Shown here one piece after another: positions 36,983-45,700 of a DNA stretch of 47,508 bases; position 1 is the stretch's first letter; each line of letters begins with the position of its first letter. A program made the translations under genes and the position numbers. The DNA comes from a virus. Its lineage: Duplodnaviria; Caudoviricetes. Where the stretch lies: positions 1-47,508 of IMG/VR virus record IMGVR_UViG_3300025018_000023; one strand, 5' to 3'. The notes beneath the pieces are model-generated. The model was given only the letters and a program-made list of their open reading frames with translations, did not search any database and was not told the DNA's origin.

Positions 36983-38285
36983 GACGTTTCAACCTTTGCA
37001 CTTCCCGCTGGAGGTCGTCGCGATACAACTCGTCAACAAAATCAATCACATCGTCTTCGCTAGCGCCACCAAAGAGCGAGGTCAAACCCAGACGTTGCCT
37101 GAGAGCATCTTCCATTTGATGCGCAGTGACCTCCTCATCGAGCATGGCGTCGTAAAGACCATCCCACATCTTTGCATCAACGAACTCTTGATAGGCTAAA
37201 GCAAAGCCGTTTAGCCGATCTGCAGCGAAAGAAGCATGAGTGAGCTCATGGACGACGAGAGCTGCGCTCAGCTTTTCCTTATTGACGAAGGAGGTCGTCG
37301 CTGAAGTGACACCAGCTACTTCCATAGCGTTAGCTGAGAAGCCCAAGCGGCTCAACTGCTTACTATAATCCGTAGGCGCCAACACACGCAGCTTAATATC
37401 ACCTTGAGAGAGCTGGTCGGCGATGATGTTGAAGCGATCATTGGGGTTCTGACTTAAGCTAACAAAAAGACTTACAAAATCCTGGATAGTAGGCTCAACA
37501 CCTCGATCTATGAAGTCTTGATCCCAAGCCGATAGCTCATCGTCGCTGGCATCAAAGAAGGCCTTTTTATCAATTGCGAGAAAAGATGGTACAGGCGCTG
37601 CGAAGCCGCGCCAATGGTGCCTACACCCCCACCCACCACAGCGCGTCATCACGTCTAGGCCTTGGCCATTATCGAGCGCGTTGATCTCCTGACGTGAGAA
37701 GACCTTGCCTACTTTGGCGCGGCAGAACGGGCGGTTGCGCGTGTCCGACGGACCAAGATAGATGAAGCGCTCAAGGCCGAGCTCGTGGCTTAGCTGTTCG
37801 TGCGTCTCACGAGCATAGATCATCGGCACTTCTTGAAGCGCTTGAGCGACGCGATGCTTTGTCGTCTCCAACGACTTCTTGGCCAGCTCGGCCACGTCTT
37901 CAGAGCGCGTCCACATCGCGCGCTGCAAGAAGTTCTGCGTGGTGCTGACATGCTTGATGATCGAGGCGCGCAGCTGCTGAATCGCGTCAACTCCAGCAGG
38001 GCTGAGCTCAAGCATGTTGAGCCCGAGCAAGGCGGCCTCTCCAGCGCCGACGCGCTGGAGTACGCCCGACATCTGTGCGAGCAACGGGGTGAGGTCTTGA
38101 AGGCCAGGGGCGAGCTGCTCACCGCTACTCTCTAGCCACTGAAGGGACTGGACTTGCCATGTCTTATGAAGCAGCACCCAGCTTCGTTGAAGCCGTTGGA
38201 GTTCTTGCGTGATCAGCTCATCTTGAGCCCGTGACCTCTCTAACAGACTGGCGAGCTGCGCGGTCTGAGGAGGGGTCACGGGCAT
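36972..38285 (-). CDS. MuF-like minor head protein with C-terminal HExxH metallopeptidase (putative toxin) domain
   Basis: YLGPSDTRNRPFC...GGWGCRHHW; then a lower-GC extension with VVHELTHA...EE. Confidence 0.78.
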   Translation of the reverse strand: MPVTPPQTAQLASLLERSRAQDELITQELQRLQRSWVLLHKTWQVQSLQWLESSGEQLAPGLQDLTPLLAQMSGVLQRVGAGEAALLGLNMLELSPAGVDAIQQLRASIIKHVSTTQNFLQRAMWTRSEDVAELAKKSLETTKHRVAQALQEVPMIYARETHEQLSHELGLERFIYLGPSDTRNRPFCRAKVGKVFSRQEINALDNGQGLDVMTRCGGWGCRHHWRGFAAPVPSFLAIDKKAFFDASDDELSAWDQDFIDRGVEPTIQDFVSLFVSLSQNPNDRFNIIADQLSQGDIKLRVLAPTDYSKQLSRLGFSANAMEVAGVTSATTSFVNKEKLSAALVVHELTHASFAADRLNGFALAYQEFVDAKMWDGLYDAMLDEEVTAHQMEDALRQRLGLTSLFGGASEDDVIDFVDELYRDDLQREVQRLKRHAP

Positions 38286-38295
38286 TTAGAGCTCT

Positions 38296-38460
38296 TTAGC
38301 GGGTCTTCTTCTCGGGGGTCTTTTTATCCGCTTCAGCGGGCTCGGGAGGCGGCTCCGAGCGCGAATATCGGCCGGTCTCCAAGAGGCGCTCTGCTTGGTC
38401 GGCGTTCACCGAGACCACGCGCCCATGACGATTCTTGAGGTGGATGATCTGCTCGGCCAT
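38296..38460 (-). CDS. Small hypothetical head-module protein (54 aa)
   Basis: AAGGAGG RBS; MAEQIIHLKNRHGRVVSV...KKTR*; below the ORF track cutoff. Confidence 0.7.
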   Translation of the reverse strand: MAEQIIHLKNRHGRVVSVNADQAERLLETGRYSRSEPPPEPAEADKKTPEKKTR

Positions 38461-38553
38461 CTTGAGGCCCTCCTTTGGTATCTTCTGCTTGTGTGAGTGG
38501 GATGCTTAGTCGCTATAATGCGATGCCTCGCCCTGAGAGAACTAAGACAAGGA

Positions 38554-38952
38554 CTAAGACAACTGTTTAGCGCACCCATGCACCAAAGCGGCGCCTGGGG
38601 TGTCGTCCACCTTGGACTCGACGAAGACAGCGACCTCAGACCAGGGACAGGCGCTCATGTTGAAGGCCCCCACCGCGCCCGCTGCGACATCAGCAGCTGC
38701 TGGCGAGGCGATATCCACCCAGTCGCTCGCGCCGCCTTGGGCGTCTTTGACACGACCTCGCAGCTTAGCGGTCAGGGTGTTGGCACCCGTGTTCTTGACG
38801 GTGTACTGGACGCTGTTCTTGCCGCTGGTATCGAGCAAGCTCTCAGGGACAATCGCATAGTCGTTTGTGGTGGCTTGAGCTGCGCTTTGGGCGGCTGTCG
38901 CTTGAGGGAGCTGCGCCTTCACGAGGCGGTTGCTCAAGGATTCAGATGCCAT
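38554..38952 (-). CDS. Putative head decoration / structural protein
   Basis: GGAGG RBS; follows the major capsid gene; beta-rich. Confidence 0.6.
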   Translation of the reverse strand: MASESLSNRLVKAQLPQATAAQSAAQATTNDYAIVPESLLDTSGKNSVQYTVKNTGANTLTAKLRGRVKDAQGGASDWVDIASPAAADVAAGAVGAFNMSACPWSEVAVFVESKVDDTPGAALVHGCAKQLS

Positions 38953-39055
38953 AAGACACCTCCAATGAAGCCCCGCGAACGGGGGTAAATATTAGACAGA
39001 CCAACGAAAGGTGATACAAACCTGCATCACCTCGCCGCTGAGAGGACTAAAAAAA

Positions 39056-39952
39056 CTAAGACAGAACCTCGACCGCCAGGCGGTCTTCGTCGATGGCCTT
39101 GACCCCATAGAGGCAGTCGATGACGTGCTTGGTCTTGAGGTGGTCCGAGTCCCACTGGCGCGTGTAGCGCAAGGCGATGTTCAGCTCAGGGTCCACCATC
39201 ACCACGCCGATCGCGCCCGAGCCCTGCTCAGGAATAGGCATGGGGCGAGTGACGAGCATGAAGGCGTCAGGGTGAAGGGCGATGTTGTGTTGGGTGGCTC
39301 CTGTCGTGGACACGAGCTGCGACATCATCACATCGAAGCCATGCACGCGACCGATGGTCCCCTCGCGAAGCGTCGCGCCGCCATCACCGCGCGCGTCGGC
39401 GCGGCTGAACTTGTCCAGCTCCAAGATGTCAACCTCGGCTGCTGGTGAGACCACCAGCAGCCGGTTCATCATGGGGCAGCGCAGCTCGTTGAGCTTTTGG
39501 CGGGCAGCGAGGATGGCGGCCTCATCAAGCCCAGCGCCTCCTGTGCCGACCTCATCAGCGATCTCGCTGTACAGCGCCATGAGCTTGGCCTCGATCGACT
39601 CGGCCAGCTTCATCGCGGCGTCGCCAGCGTAGTCAAGGCCTTGGCGGATCGCCTTGGCGCTAGCCACATCCTCAGCGTGCCACGCGACATACTCATGCGT
39701 GTCAAGCACGACGGGGATCTTGGTGTTGTTGGGGGTGTCGGGCGTCACAGCGGTGTTTGATGCCTTGGTGCGCACAGTCAAGGCGCCACGCTTGACGACG
39801 TTGACCGTATCACCGTACTCCGCCACAGCCTCATCGCCGTCGCGACGCACATAGCGCCCGAGCACCAAGTTTGCTTTGAGGTGACCGATCGCTCTGGCAA
39901 GCCAGAGCTTGGGGATCGCGTCGGCGGCCTCGGTGACTGTAATGTTTGCCAT
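39056..39952 (-). CDS. Major capsid protein (HK97 fold, P22-coat/N4-gp56-like)
   Basis: IPKLW, GDTVNV, LAESIE, L....P...R.LVVSP, G.IGRVHGFDV..S, IDCLYGVK. Confidence 0.92.
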   Translation of the reverse strand: MANITVTEAADAIPKLWLARAIGHLKANLVLGRYVRRDGDEAVAEYGDTVNVVKRGALTVRTKASNTAVTPDTPNNTKIPVVLDTHEYVAWHAEDVASAKAIRQGLDYAGDAAMKLAESIEAKLMALYSEIADEVGTGGAGLDEAAILAARQKLNELRCPMMNRLLVVSPAAEVDILELDKFSRADARGDGGATLREGTIGRVHGFDVMMSQLVSTTGATQHNIALHPDAFMLVTRPMPIPEQGSGAIGVVMVDPELNIALRYTRQWDSDHLKTKHVIDCLYGVKAIDEDRLAVEVLS

Positions 39953-40047
39953 CTTTTGAGCTCCTCTTGGTCGATGCGCGGTCTAGGTCGCCGCGACTTG
40001 CGATGTGGTTTCTCATGCGCCCCTGGCGATGCAGGGGCAGCGAGCGC

Positions 40048-40770
40048 TTATCCAGTCTTGCTGTGCGCTGCGATGATCTGGGCTTCGTACTTGGCGATCT
40101 CGGCAGGGTTATTGCTAGCCAAGACCTTCTTCAAATCTACGGCCAAGGACGCGCCTCCAGCAGCTTGCCCTCCGGCCCCAGCACCAGGCGCCGCGCGCAC
40201 AAAGTGGGCGTTCTTGGCGAGAAAGTCGTTCACGAGCTCGGCGACGCTCAAGGCGTTGCCCTTGCCATCAGTCGCGGGCTTGCCATCGGGGCCGAGCACG
40301 ACTAAAGCCCCTTGCTCATCGACCTTCACGCGGCTTGAGAGCAAAAGCGCGAGCTGATCAGGAGCGACTGCGCCTGCGGTCGAGGCATGGGCGATGATCT
40401 CTCGCTGCGCGCGCTCGGCGTGCATCTGAGTCATCGTGGACAGGTGTTTGCCCTCAAGCTCCTTGAGCTGGCGGGTGAGCTCCGCCTCGCGCTCCTCGCG
40501 CTTCTTTTGCTCCGTCTCATAGAGCGTCTTGAACTGGTTTTGCTCCGCGAGCCGCGCTCGCTCAGCCTCCTCGGCCTTGGCCTGAGCTTCGCTTTGTTGC
40601 TTGCGTTGCTGCTCTAAAGACTCCCATGACTCAAAACCCAAGGACTTGAGCTTCTTGGCAGTCTGCTCGCGCTCGCGCGCTAGACGTTGCTCGATGATGC
40701 GATCGATCTCGGATTGGTCGGGCTTGTTTGCCGCGTCAGGAGCCTGGCTTTGTGTCGTGTCATCCGCCAT
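40048..40770 (-). CDS. Capsid scaffolding protein
   Basis: QSEIDRIIEQRLARER, coiled coil, FLAKNAHF...GAG; directly upstream of the capsid gene. Confidence 0.85.
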   Translation of the reverse strand: MADDTTQSQAPDAANKPDQSEIDRIIEQRLAREREQTAKKLKSLGFESWESLEQQRKQQSEAQAKAEEAERARLAEQNQFKTLYETEQKKREEREAELTRQLKELEGKHLSTMTQMHAERAQREIIAHASTAGAVAPDQLALLLSSRVKVDEQGALVVLGPDGKPATDGKGNALSVAELVNDFLAKNAHFVRAAPGAGAGGQAAGGASLAVDLKKVLASNNPAEIAKYEAQIIAAHSKTG

Positions 40771-40827
40771 AATATGCCTCATGTGTCACACCGCTGGAGG
40801 GGGTGCATCCATCCATGCTTAACCTCT

Positions 40828-40871
40828 AAAAAAGCCGCCCGACGCGCAGCATGTGGACGCGTCGGGCGGCT
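40828..40871 (-). terminator. Intrinsic terminator (- strand) upstream of the scaffold gene
   Basis: 14-bp perfect stem (40833-40846 / 40858-40871) plus T6. Confidence 0.8.
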
Positions 40872-40956
40872 AGGGCGACAAGCGGAGTGAGCCTGACGCC
40901 AAGGATGATTTCGTGCTGTGTGGTGGCCTTTGTGCCTAGCCTTGATGCCGTAAGGC

Positions 40957-41104
40957 GTGTTCCCCGCACACGCGGGGCTGAACCGATAGATCGCATCATT
41001 TCCCCGTGGTGGTGCGGCATTCCCCGCACGCGCGAGGCCGAACCTTGCTAGAGCCGCCACCTGCCGTCTCTAACGCCACGTTCCCCACAGGCGGGGCTAA
41101 ACCG
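40957..41104 (+). CRISPR. Cas-less mini-CRISPR array, type I-E-like repeats (3 repeats, 2 spacers)
   Basis: R1 GTGTTCCCCGCACACGCGGGGCTGAACCG (40957-40985), 31-nt spacer, R2 GCATTCCCCGCACGCGCGAGGCCGAACCT (41017-41045), 32-nt spacer, R3 ACGTTCCCCACAGGCGGGGCTAAACCG (41078-41104). Confidence 0.9.
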
Positions 41105-41108
41105 AAGA

Positions 41109-41140
41109 GCCGCGTAGACCACACCACAGGTCTACGCGGC
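41109..41140. other. 12-bp perfect hairpin between the array and the lipoprotein RBS
   Basis: GCCGCGTAGACC-acaccaca-GGTCTACGCGGC; no clear U-tract on +. Confidence 0.75.
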
Positions 41141-41145
41141 CAGAC

Positions 41146-41186
41146 CGCACCACCATGGAGGTTAATATGATGATGCGATCTATCTT
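41146..41186 (-). promoter_or_regulatory. Partial protospacer plus AAG PAM for spacer 1, over the RBS/start of the lipoprotein gene
   Basis: The - strand reads AAG-ATAGATCGCATCAT-catattaacctcca-TGGTGGTGCG; spacer 1 reads ATAGATCGCATCAT-ttccccg-TGGTGGTGCG. Confidence 0.82.
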
Positions 41187-41883
41187 GTCAGCAGCGCTGT
41201 TGAGCGCGCTTATCTTGAGTCTTGTGGCCTGCGAAGGCCCTGCGGGGAAAGCAGGGGCCGCTGGCGCATCTGGTGAAGCTGGTATGACTGGCCCTCAAGG
41301 TCCACAAGGTGAGCCAGGCCCGCAAGGCCCGCAAGGCGAACAAGGGCCACCAGGCCCTGCTGGCACTGTAGAACTTCCCCCTCGATGGGTTTTGCGCGAT
41401 GCCAACGGCGAGCTCGTGCGGGCTGAGGTGGAGCCCGTCTATGTCACGCCGAACGAGAGCGATGATCTTGGTGACTTTGGAGTGCGAGCCGCGCCTGTCT
41501 GCGTCCACGTCACTAAGCTCGGTGATGAGCTATGGCCAGAAGGGCTTATCTACGACCTCTCCACCGGGCAGCTTTCGGCAGAATGTACGCCATACGCCAA
41601 CATTGGAGAGATTGCGTACACAACGTCGGACTGTACTGGGAGAGCTTACACAGCCAGAAGCAGCCAACGCACTCAGCTCGTCCGCCGCGTCAGTGAAGGT
41701 GTAAGGGGTCTTTACGGACCAAAAGAGACCCTTCCGGCAGGTACACAGCTTTATGGTGGCAGTCCATGCCAAGCGGGAGGAATGCCGTTCACCGAAGAAG
41801 CGAAGTTGTGGCCCTGGCGAGAGATTCCGGCCAAATACGCAGATATCTTAAGCGCCTCACCTTACAGCTTAACCATAGAATGA
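41167..41883 (+). CDS. Lipoprotein with collagen-like G-X-Y repeats (moron)
   Basis: Signal peptide with LVA-C lipobox; about 14 G-X-Y triplets; GGAGG at 41157-41161; opposite strand to the late genes. Confidence 0.85.
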   Translation: MMMRSILSAALLSALILSLVACEGPAGKAGAAGASGEAGMTGPQGPQGEPGPQGPQGEQGPPGPAGTVELPPRWVLRDANGELVRAEVEPVYVTPNESDDLGDFGVRAAPVCVHVTKLGDELWPEGLIYDLSTGQLSAECTPYANIGEIAYTTSDCTGRAYTARSSQRTQLVRRVSEGVRGLYGPKETLPAGTQLYGGSPCQAGGMPFTEEAKLWPWREIPAKYADILSASPYSLTIE

Positions 41884-42573
41884 TCACCAAACGGCGACAG
41901 TCAGAAAATACTCATCAAACTGGCCAAGACCGCCTTGATCCCTAAGTCGTCGCCACGGAGTAGCCTCTGCTTCGTCATAAACATACGGGAGCAGCTCGAC
42001 TCGATCATCCCAAACAGCGCGAACTCGGGCGTTGAGAGGGAGGCCATTACCCCATCCCTCAAAGCTAGCTTGGATAATGCCTTGGATGTTGGCTCCATCC
42101 AACGCGGTGAGCACATAGCTTGTAGTATCGCTCGGATTAACCGCCAAGCCGCTGGTTACGTTGTAGCTCACCTCGTCGTTAAAAGTGAAAGTTGGACCAA
42201 TGCCAACAGGTAACGCCTTCATTCGGTAGAGCATTTTAGGCGTGTTCTGGAGGTAGAGGGACTGATCGAGCGGGGCCTGCGCGCGCCTTGTGGCGTCGCG
42301 TGGCGCACCGTGCAGCCTGAGCACGTCTGTTTGGAGGATCGCGTTGCCCGCTGCCGCGTGATCATGACGGATGACGTGCAGATCAGCGCTCTCCGTTGGA
42401 GCTTCTAGCTTGCCTTGAGCGCCGACGGTGAACTCGGTGTTGAGGTTGATCTTCTGAGCGTGGCCATCGGAGTCCACGCCGTCGTGCTTGTGGCCGCCAT
42501 CGGTGACATATGCCTTATTGCACCATTCAGCGGTCATCACGGTGAGACCGTTGATGAAGGTTGTCTTTGGCAT
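41884..42573 (-). CDS. Putative tail-fibre-like structural protein
   Basis: GGAG RBS; MPKTTFINGLTVMTAEWCN and GHKHDG resemble fibre N-termini. Confidence 0.5.
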   Translation of the reverse strand: MPKTTFINGLTVMTAEWCNKAYVTDGGHKHDGVDSDGHAQKINLNTEFTVGAQGKLEAPTESADLHVIRHDHAAAGNAILQTDVLRLHGAPRDATRRAQAPLDQSLYLQNTPKMLYRMKALPVGIGPTFTFNDEVSYNVTSGLAVNPSDTTSYVLTALDGANIQGIIQASFEGWGNGLPLNARVRAVWDDRVELLPYVYDEAEATPWRRLRDQGGLGQFDEYFLTVAVW

Positions 42574-42625
42574 GAGAGCTCCATGTGGTGTGAGTGTGGA
42601 ACTTCCACACGACGAAAGGGACGCT

Positions 42626-42895
42626 TTAGGTCTCCGGCACTCGATGGTAGCGGTTAAGCTGCAAGAGCTTGTCGCTGAAGCTGTCAACAAGTCCGGCTGA
42701 CAGATCACGCAAGGTCTCAACGGTGGCAACGCCGACAAGGAGGTAGCCTTCAACCGTTGGTGGGGTGGACTCTTTTGGGGTGAGGCGATACGCGACCACA
42801 AGCGCGTCGATCACGTCGCCGTCTTCGAGTTCTTGTGCTAAGTCCCGCAGGTCTTGAGCCATCCTTGAGCGTGCCTGTTGATCATTCTCCGCCAT
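42626..42895 (-). CDS. Hypothetical protein
   Basis: GAGG RBS before MAENDQ. Confidence 0.55.
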   Translation of the reverse strand: MAENDQQARSRMAQDLRDLAQELEDGDVIDALVVAYRLTPKESTPPTVEGYLLVGVATVETLRDLSAGLVDSFSDKLLQLNRYHRVPET

Positions 42896-42908
42896 CAATA
42901 CCTCTCCA

Positions 42909-44342
42909 TCAAAAGCCAAGCCCTGTGTTCTCAGGTACAGCTGCGGTCATCACGTCTTGAACGAGCTCCTCAAGGCGCTCGGGGCTGACGCGAGAGCCAA
43001 GGTACGCTCGCGTGATCGCCGCCCAGGCCTCCCTCGTCGCCAGCCCCGGAATGTTGAGGCTGGCGAACTTCAACGCGTGGCTAAGCTCGGCCTCAAGGTC
43101 TGCGGGGTCAAAGCTGGTGGGGTACTCACGATCTGCCTCGCCAGACTCAGCCATCCAAGCTAAGGCCAGGTTATCAACCTCAGCCTCAAGGCGCGCCATG
43201 CGCTGCCCGAACTTGGACAAGAGCGCGTCCTTATCCATCGTGATGTAGCTCAGCGCCACGCCGCTCGACATCACATGCTTGATGTCATCGTTGACGCGCC
43301 CCATCCCTGACAAAATGCGGATCTGCGCCTCGGTCTTGTCAATCTCCGCGCGAATCGCGCTGATCTGACCCACATCTGGCGATAAGTAGTAGGGCGTCGC
43401 CTTGACCTCATCGTGAAAGGGCAACGTCCCGCTCACAGACCAGTTGACCTGCTCAAGCGCGTCCCACGTCGAGCGCGGCACGGCTAGGATCGAGAAGACA
43501 TGCTGATAGATCTGCTCGTCGATGAGGCTCACGAGGTTGGTCAAGCGCCTGTTCATCGGCGCCAGGTCGGTGAGCGCGCCTTGGGCCACAGGCTCGACGC
43601 CCATCCTCGCGCCCCAGAACGCGAACGCCACGGGCACGCGCCCACAAGGGTGCGTTCCTTCGTCGATCTTGAGCTTCTGCCAGGCGCCATCTTCGCCCTT
43701 GACGAGCTCCACAAGCTCCCACGAGTCACGGGTCCAGATGCGAACATGCTCTGCGGGTTGCTCACTGCTTAGGCTCAACGGCTCGCGCTCAAGATCCACG
43801 CGCTCTCGGATGGCGACCCAGATGAGCTGCCCGCGTCGATCCACGCGCCAGTCAATGATGTCCTCGGTGCTCACCAGATAGGCGTAAGGTCTGCGCCCTG
43901 CGGCGCGCTCCTGAGCTCGTGTGAGCGCTTGGCCGCCGTCAGGATCAAGACGATCCACGACAACGGCCACGCGCCCGCCGCGTTGCACCAGCTGCGCCGC
44001 GCGCTCATAGAACTCATCCGCCGGCGTCGCGAGCAGATCCATGTCTGCCCATAAAGCGTCGAGGGTCGCGACCGTGCTCGTGCGGGGGATCGGCTCTCGA
44101 TAGAGGTGCGCGGCGTAAGTGTCGATCACCGAGCGCGTGTGGTTGGGGTGGATCGCGCGGCTGAGCCTCGCCTCGAAGTCCACTTGACGCTCTTTGGTGT
44201 GACGCGCCAAGTAACGCTCAAGATAAGGCGCACCTCCCTCATAGCAGAGTCGGTACTCGGTCCAGGCGTCGAGCTGTTGGCTATAAAGCGGGTGCGTGAT
44301 CAAGGCAGTCCTCAACGGATCATCGGTATGGGCTTGTTTCAA
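42909..44342 (-). CDS. Portal protein
   Basis: HPLY....W......Y.GG..Y...YL, R..RA...N, RPY......EDIIDW, G.VP, SSGVA; follows TerL. Confidence 0.88.
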   Translation of the reverse strand: MKQAHTDDPLRTALITHPLYSQQLDAWTEYRLCYEGGAPYLERYLARHTKERQVDFEARLSRAIHPNHTRSVIDTYAAHLYREPIPRTSTVATLDALWADMDLLATPADEFYERAAQLVQRGGRVAVVVDRLDPDGGQALTRAQERAAGRRPYAYLVSTEDIIDWRVDRRGQLIWVAIRERVDLEREPLSLSSEQPAEHVRIWTRDSWELVELVKGEDGAWQKLKIDEGTHPCGRVPVAFAFWGARMGVEPVAQGALTDLAPMNRRLTNLVSLIDEQIYQHVFSILAVPRSTWDALEQVNWSVSGTLPFHDEVKATPYYLSPDVGQISAIRAEIDKTEAQIRILSGMGRVNDDIKHVMSSGVALSYITMDKDALLSKFGQRMARLEAEVDNLALAWMAESGEADREYPTSFDPADLEAELSHALKFASLNIPGLATREAWAAITRAYLGSRVSPERLEELVQDVMTAAVPENTGLGF

Positions 44343-44377
44343 CGCTCAGCCCATGTGACATGAGCTGCAAAAGACTT

Positions 44378-45700
44378 CTAGCGTACCATCGGCGTGGGCT
44401 TGAACTTGAGCTTCGGCGGCGAGCCCGTGAGGTAGTTGAACCCGCCGCTTATGGCGTCCACGACGTCATCATGAGAGGCATAAGGGAAGTCTTCGACCTG
44501 ATCGAGCGCGGCTGCCACTTGAGGACCTGAGACGACATGCACGCGGTGGTGTCCAACTTGCGCCGCGAACGGCAGCGCCGCCGTGAGCTTGTCGGTGTGG
44601 ATAGGGACGCCATCCACATCAAAGCCAGCGAGCTCTTTGACGTAAGAGGAGATCTGCCCCTTCCCGGCCTGGCCAGGATCTTTAAACATGCGGACGGGGA
44701 TAAAGCGCCCGTCCTCCTCGGCGGTGCGCCGGACCAGGGACAAGACATCGTCAGGGCCGCAGCGCGCCATGCGAATATCGCGTATCCAGACACGACGATC
44801 TTGATCAAGGCCCAGGCGCACGCCGACGGTCCAGTCGGGATCGGGGTTCTCGGCTGATGGTTCTGTCGCCGCTAAGTCCCAGAAGCGAACCTCGTGGGTG
44901 AGCTGCCCCACATCTTGAGGCTCGACCATCCGCAGCAGCTCCCGCTTAAAGAGCTCGCCCTTCTTCGCGGCCGTCCAATCTCCATGCCTGAGCTTGGCGC
45001 GAAGGATCGGCGGCAGCTCGTCGAGCATCTGCTCATACTCCTCCTGAGCGATGGAGGGGTTATCTTCGAGCCTAGACGGCAGATAAGCTCTTGATGTCGA
45101 GGGCGGCGTATCCACGAACCTAGCTTTGACCCACGCATAACCAGGGCCAACGGGGTTCGTCGTCGCGCGCATCCTAAGCGGCACCTGCCCGAGCAGACCC
45201 TCTTGAGGCTTTCTTAGGCGACCAAAGAGCTGGCGATAGTCTTCTTCTCGGCGAAACTCCGTCAGCTCCTCGAAGCCGATGAACTGGAACTCTGAGCTCA
45301 AATAGCGGAACACATCGCGAGGGCCTTCAAGGTAGCCAAAGGTCAGCGTCGCCCCCTCGGGGCTTGTCCAGGTGCGCTTGCGCTCGTTCCAGGTCGCTCC
45401 TGTGCCATCCAACCACACATGAGAGCGTGGGATGAGGCCGCCAGCCAACTCCAGAGCGGGCAGCGTGGTGCGCAAGATCAGCGCGCTGTAACCGGGCACG
45501 TCAAAGTACTGAAGCGCGGCCATGAGCAAAGAGCTGCTTTTCCCCCCGCCCACAGCGCCGCCGAACAACAGCTCCTTTTGAGGCGCGACCAAGAACGCCC
45601 ACTGTGTATCGTGAGGCGTCTGGAGCATGTAGCGGTTGAGTCTCGGCTCCATCAGCGCCGCGAGCTCACTCCTCGGTTCGATATGGGGAGAGGAGGCCAT
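44378..45700 (-). CDS. terL: Terminase large subunit
   Basis: Walker A GGAVGGGKS, Walker B FIGFEELTEF, RATTNP, nuclease WDLA / DWTVG / HDDVVDA. Confidence 0.95.
   Translation of the reverse strand: MASSPHIEPRSELAALMEPRLNRYMLQTPHDTQWAFLVAPQKELLFGGAVGGGKSSSLLMAALQYFDVPGYSALILRTTLPALELAGGLIPRSHVWLDGTGATWNERKRTWTSPEGATLTFGYLEGPRDVFRYLSSEFQFIGFEELTEFRREEDYRQLFGRLRKPQEGLLGQVPLRMRATTNPVGPGYAWVKARFVDTPPSTSRAYLPSRLEDNPSIAQEEYEQMLDELPPILRAKLRHGDWTAAKKGELFKRELLRMVEPQDVGQLTHEVRFWDLAATEPSAENPDPDWTVGVRLGLDQDRRVWIRDIRMARCGPDDVLSLVRRTAEEDGRFIPVRMFKDPGQAGKGQISSYVKELAGFDVDGVPIHTDKLTAALPFAAQVGHHRVHVVSGPQVAAALDQVEDFPYASHDDVVDAISGGFNYLTGSPPKLKFKPTPMVR

Noticed and set aside
38967-38992. Possible solitary CRISPR-like repeat (CCCCGCGAACGGGGGTAAA)
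   Set aside because: Only a 5-bp stem, without the GTTC 5' end or AACCG 3' handle; likely an ordinary hairpin
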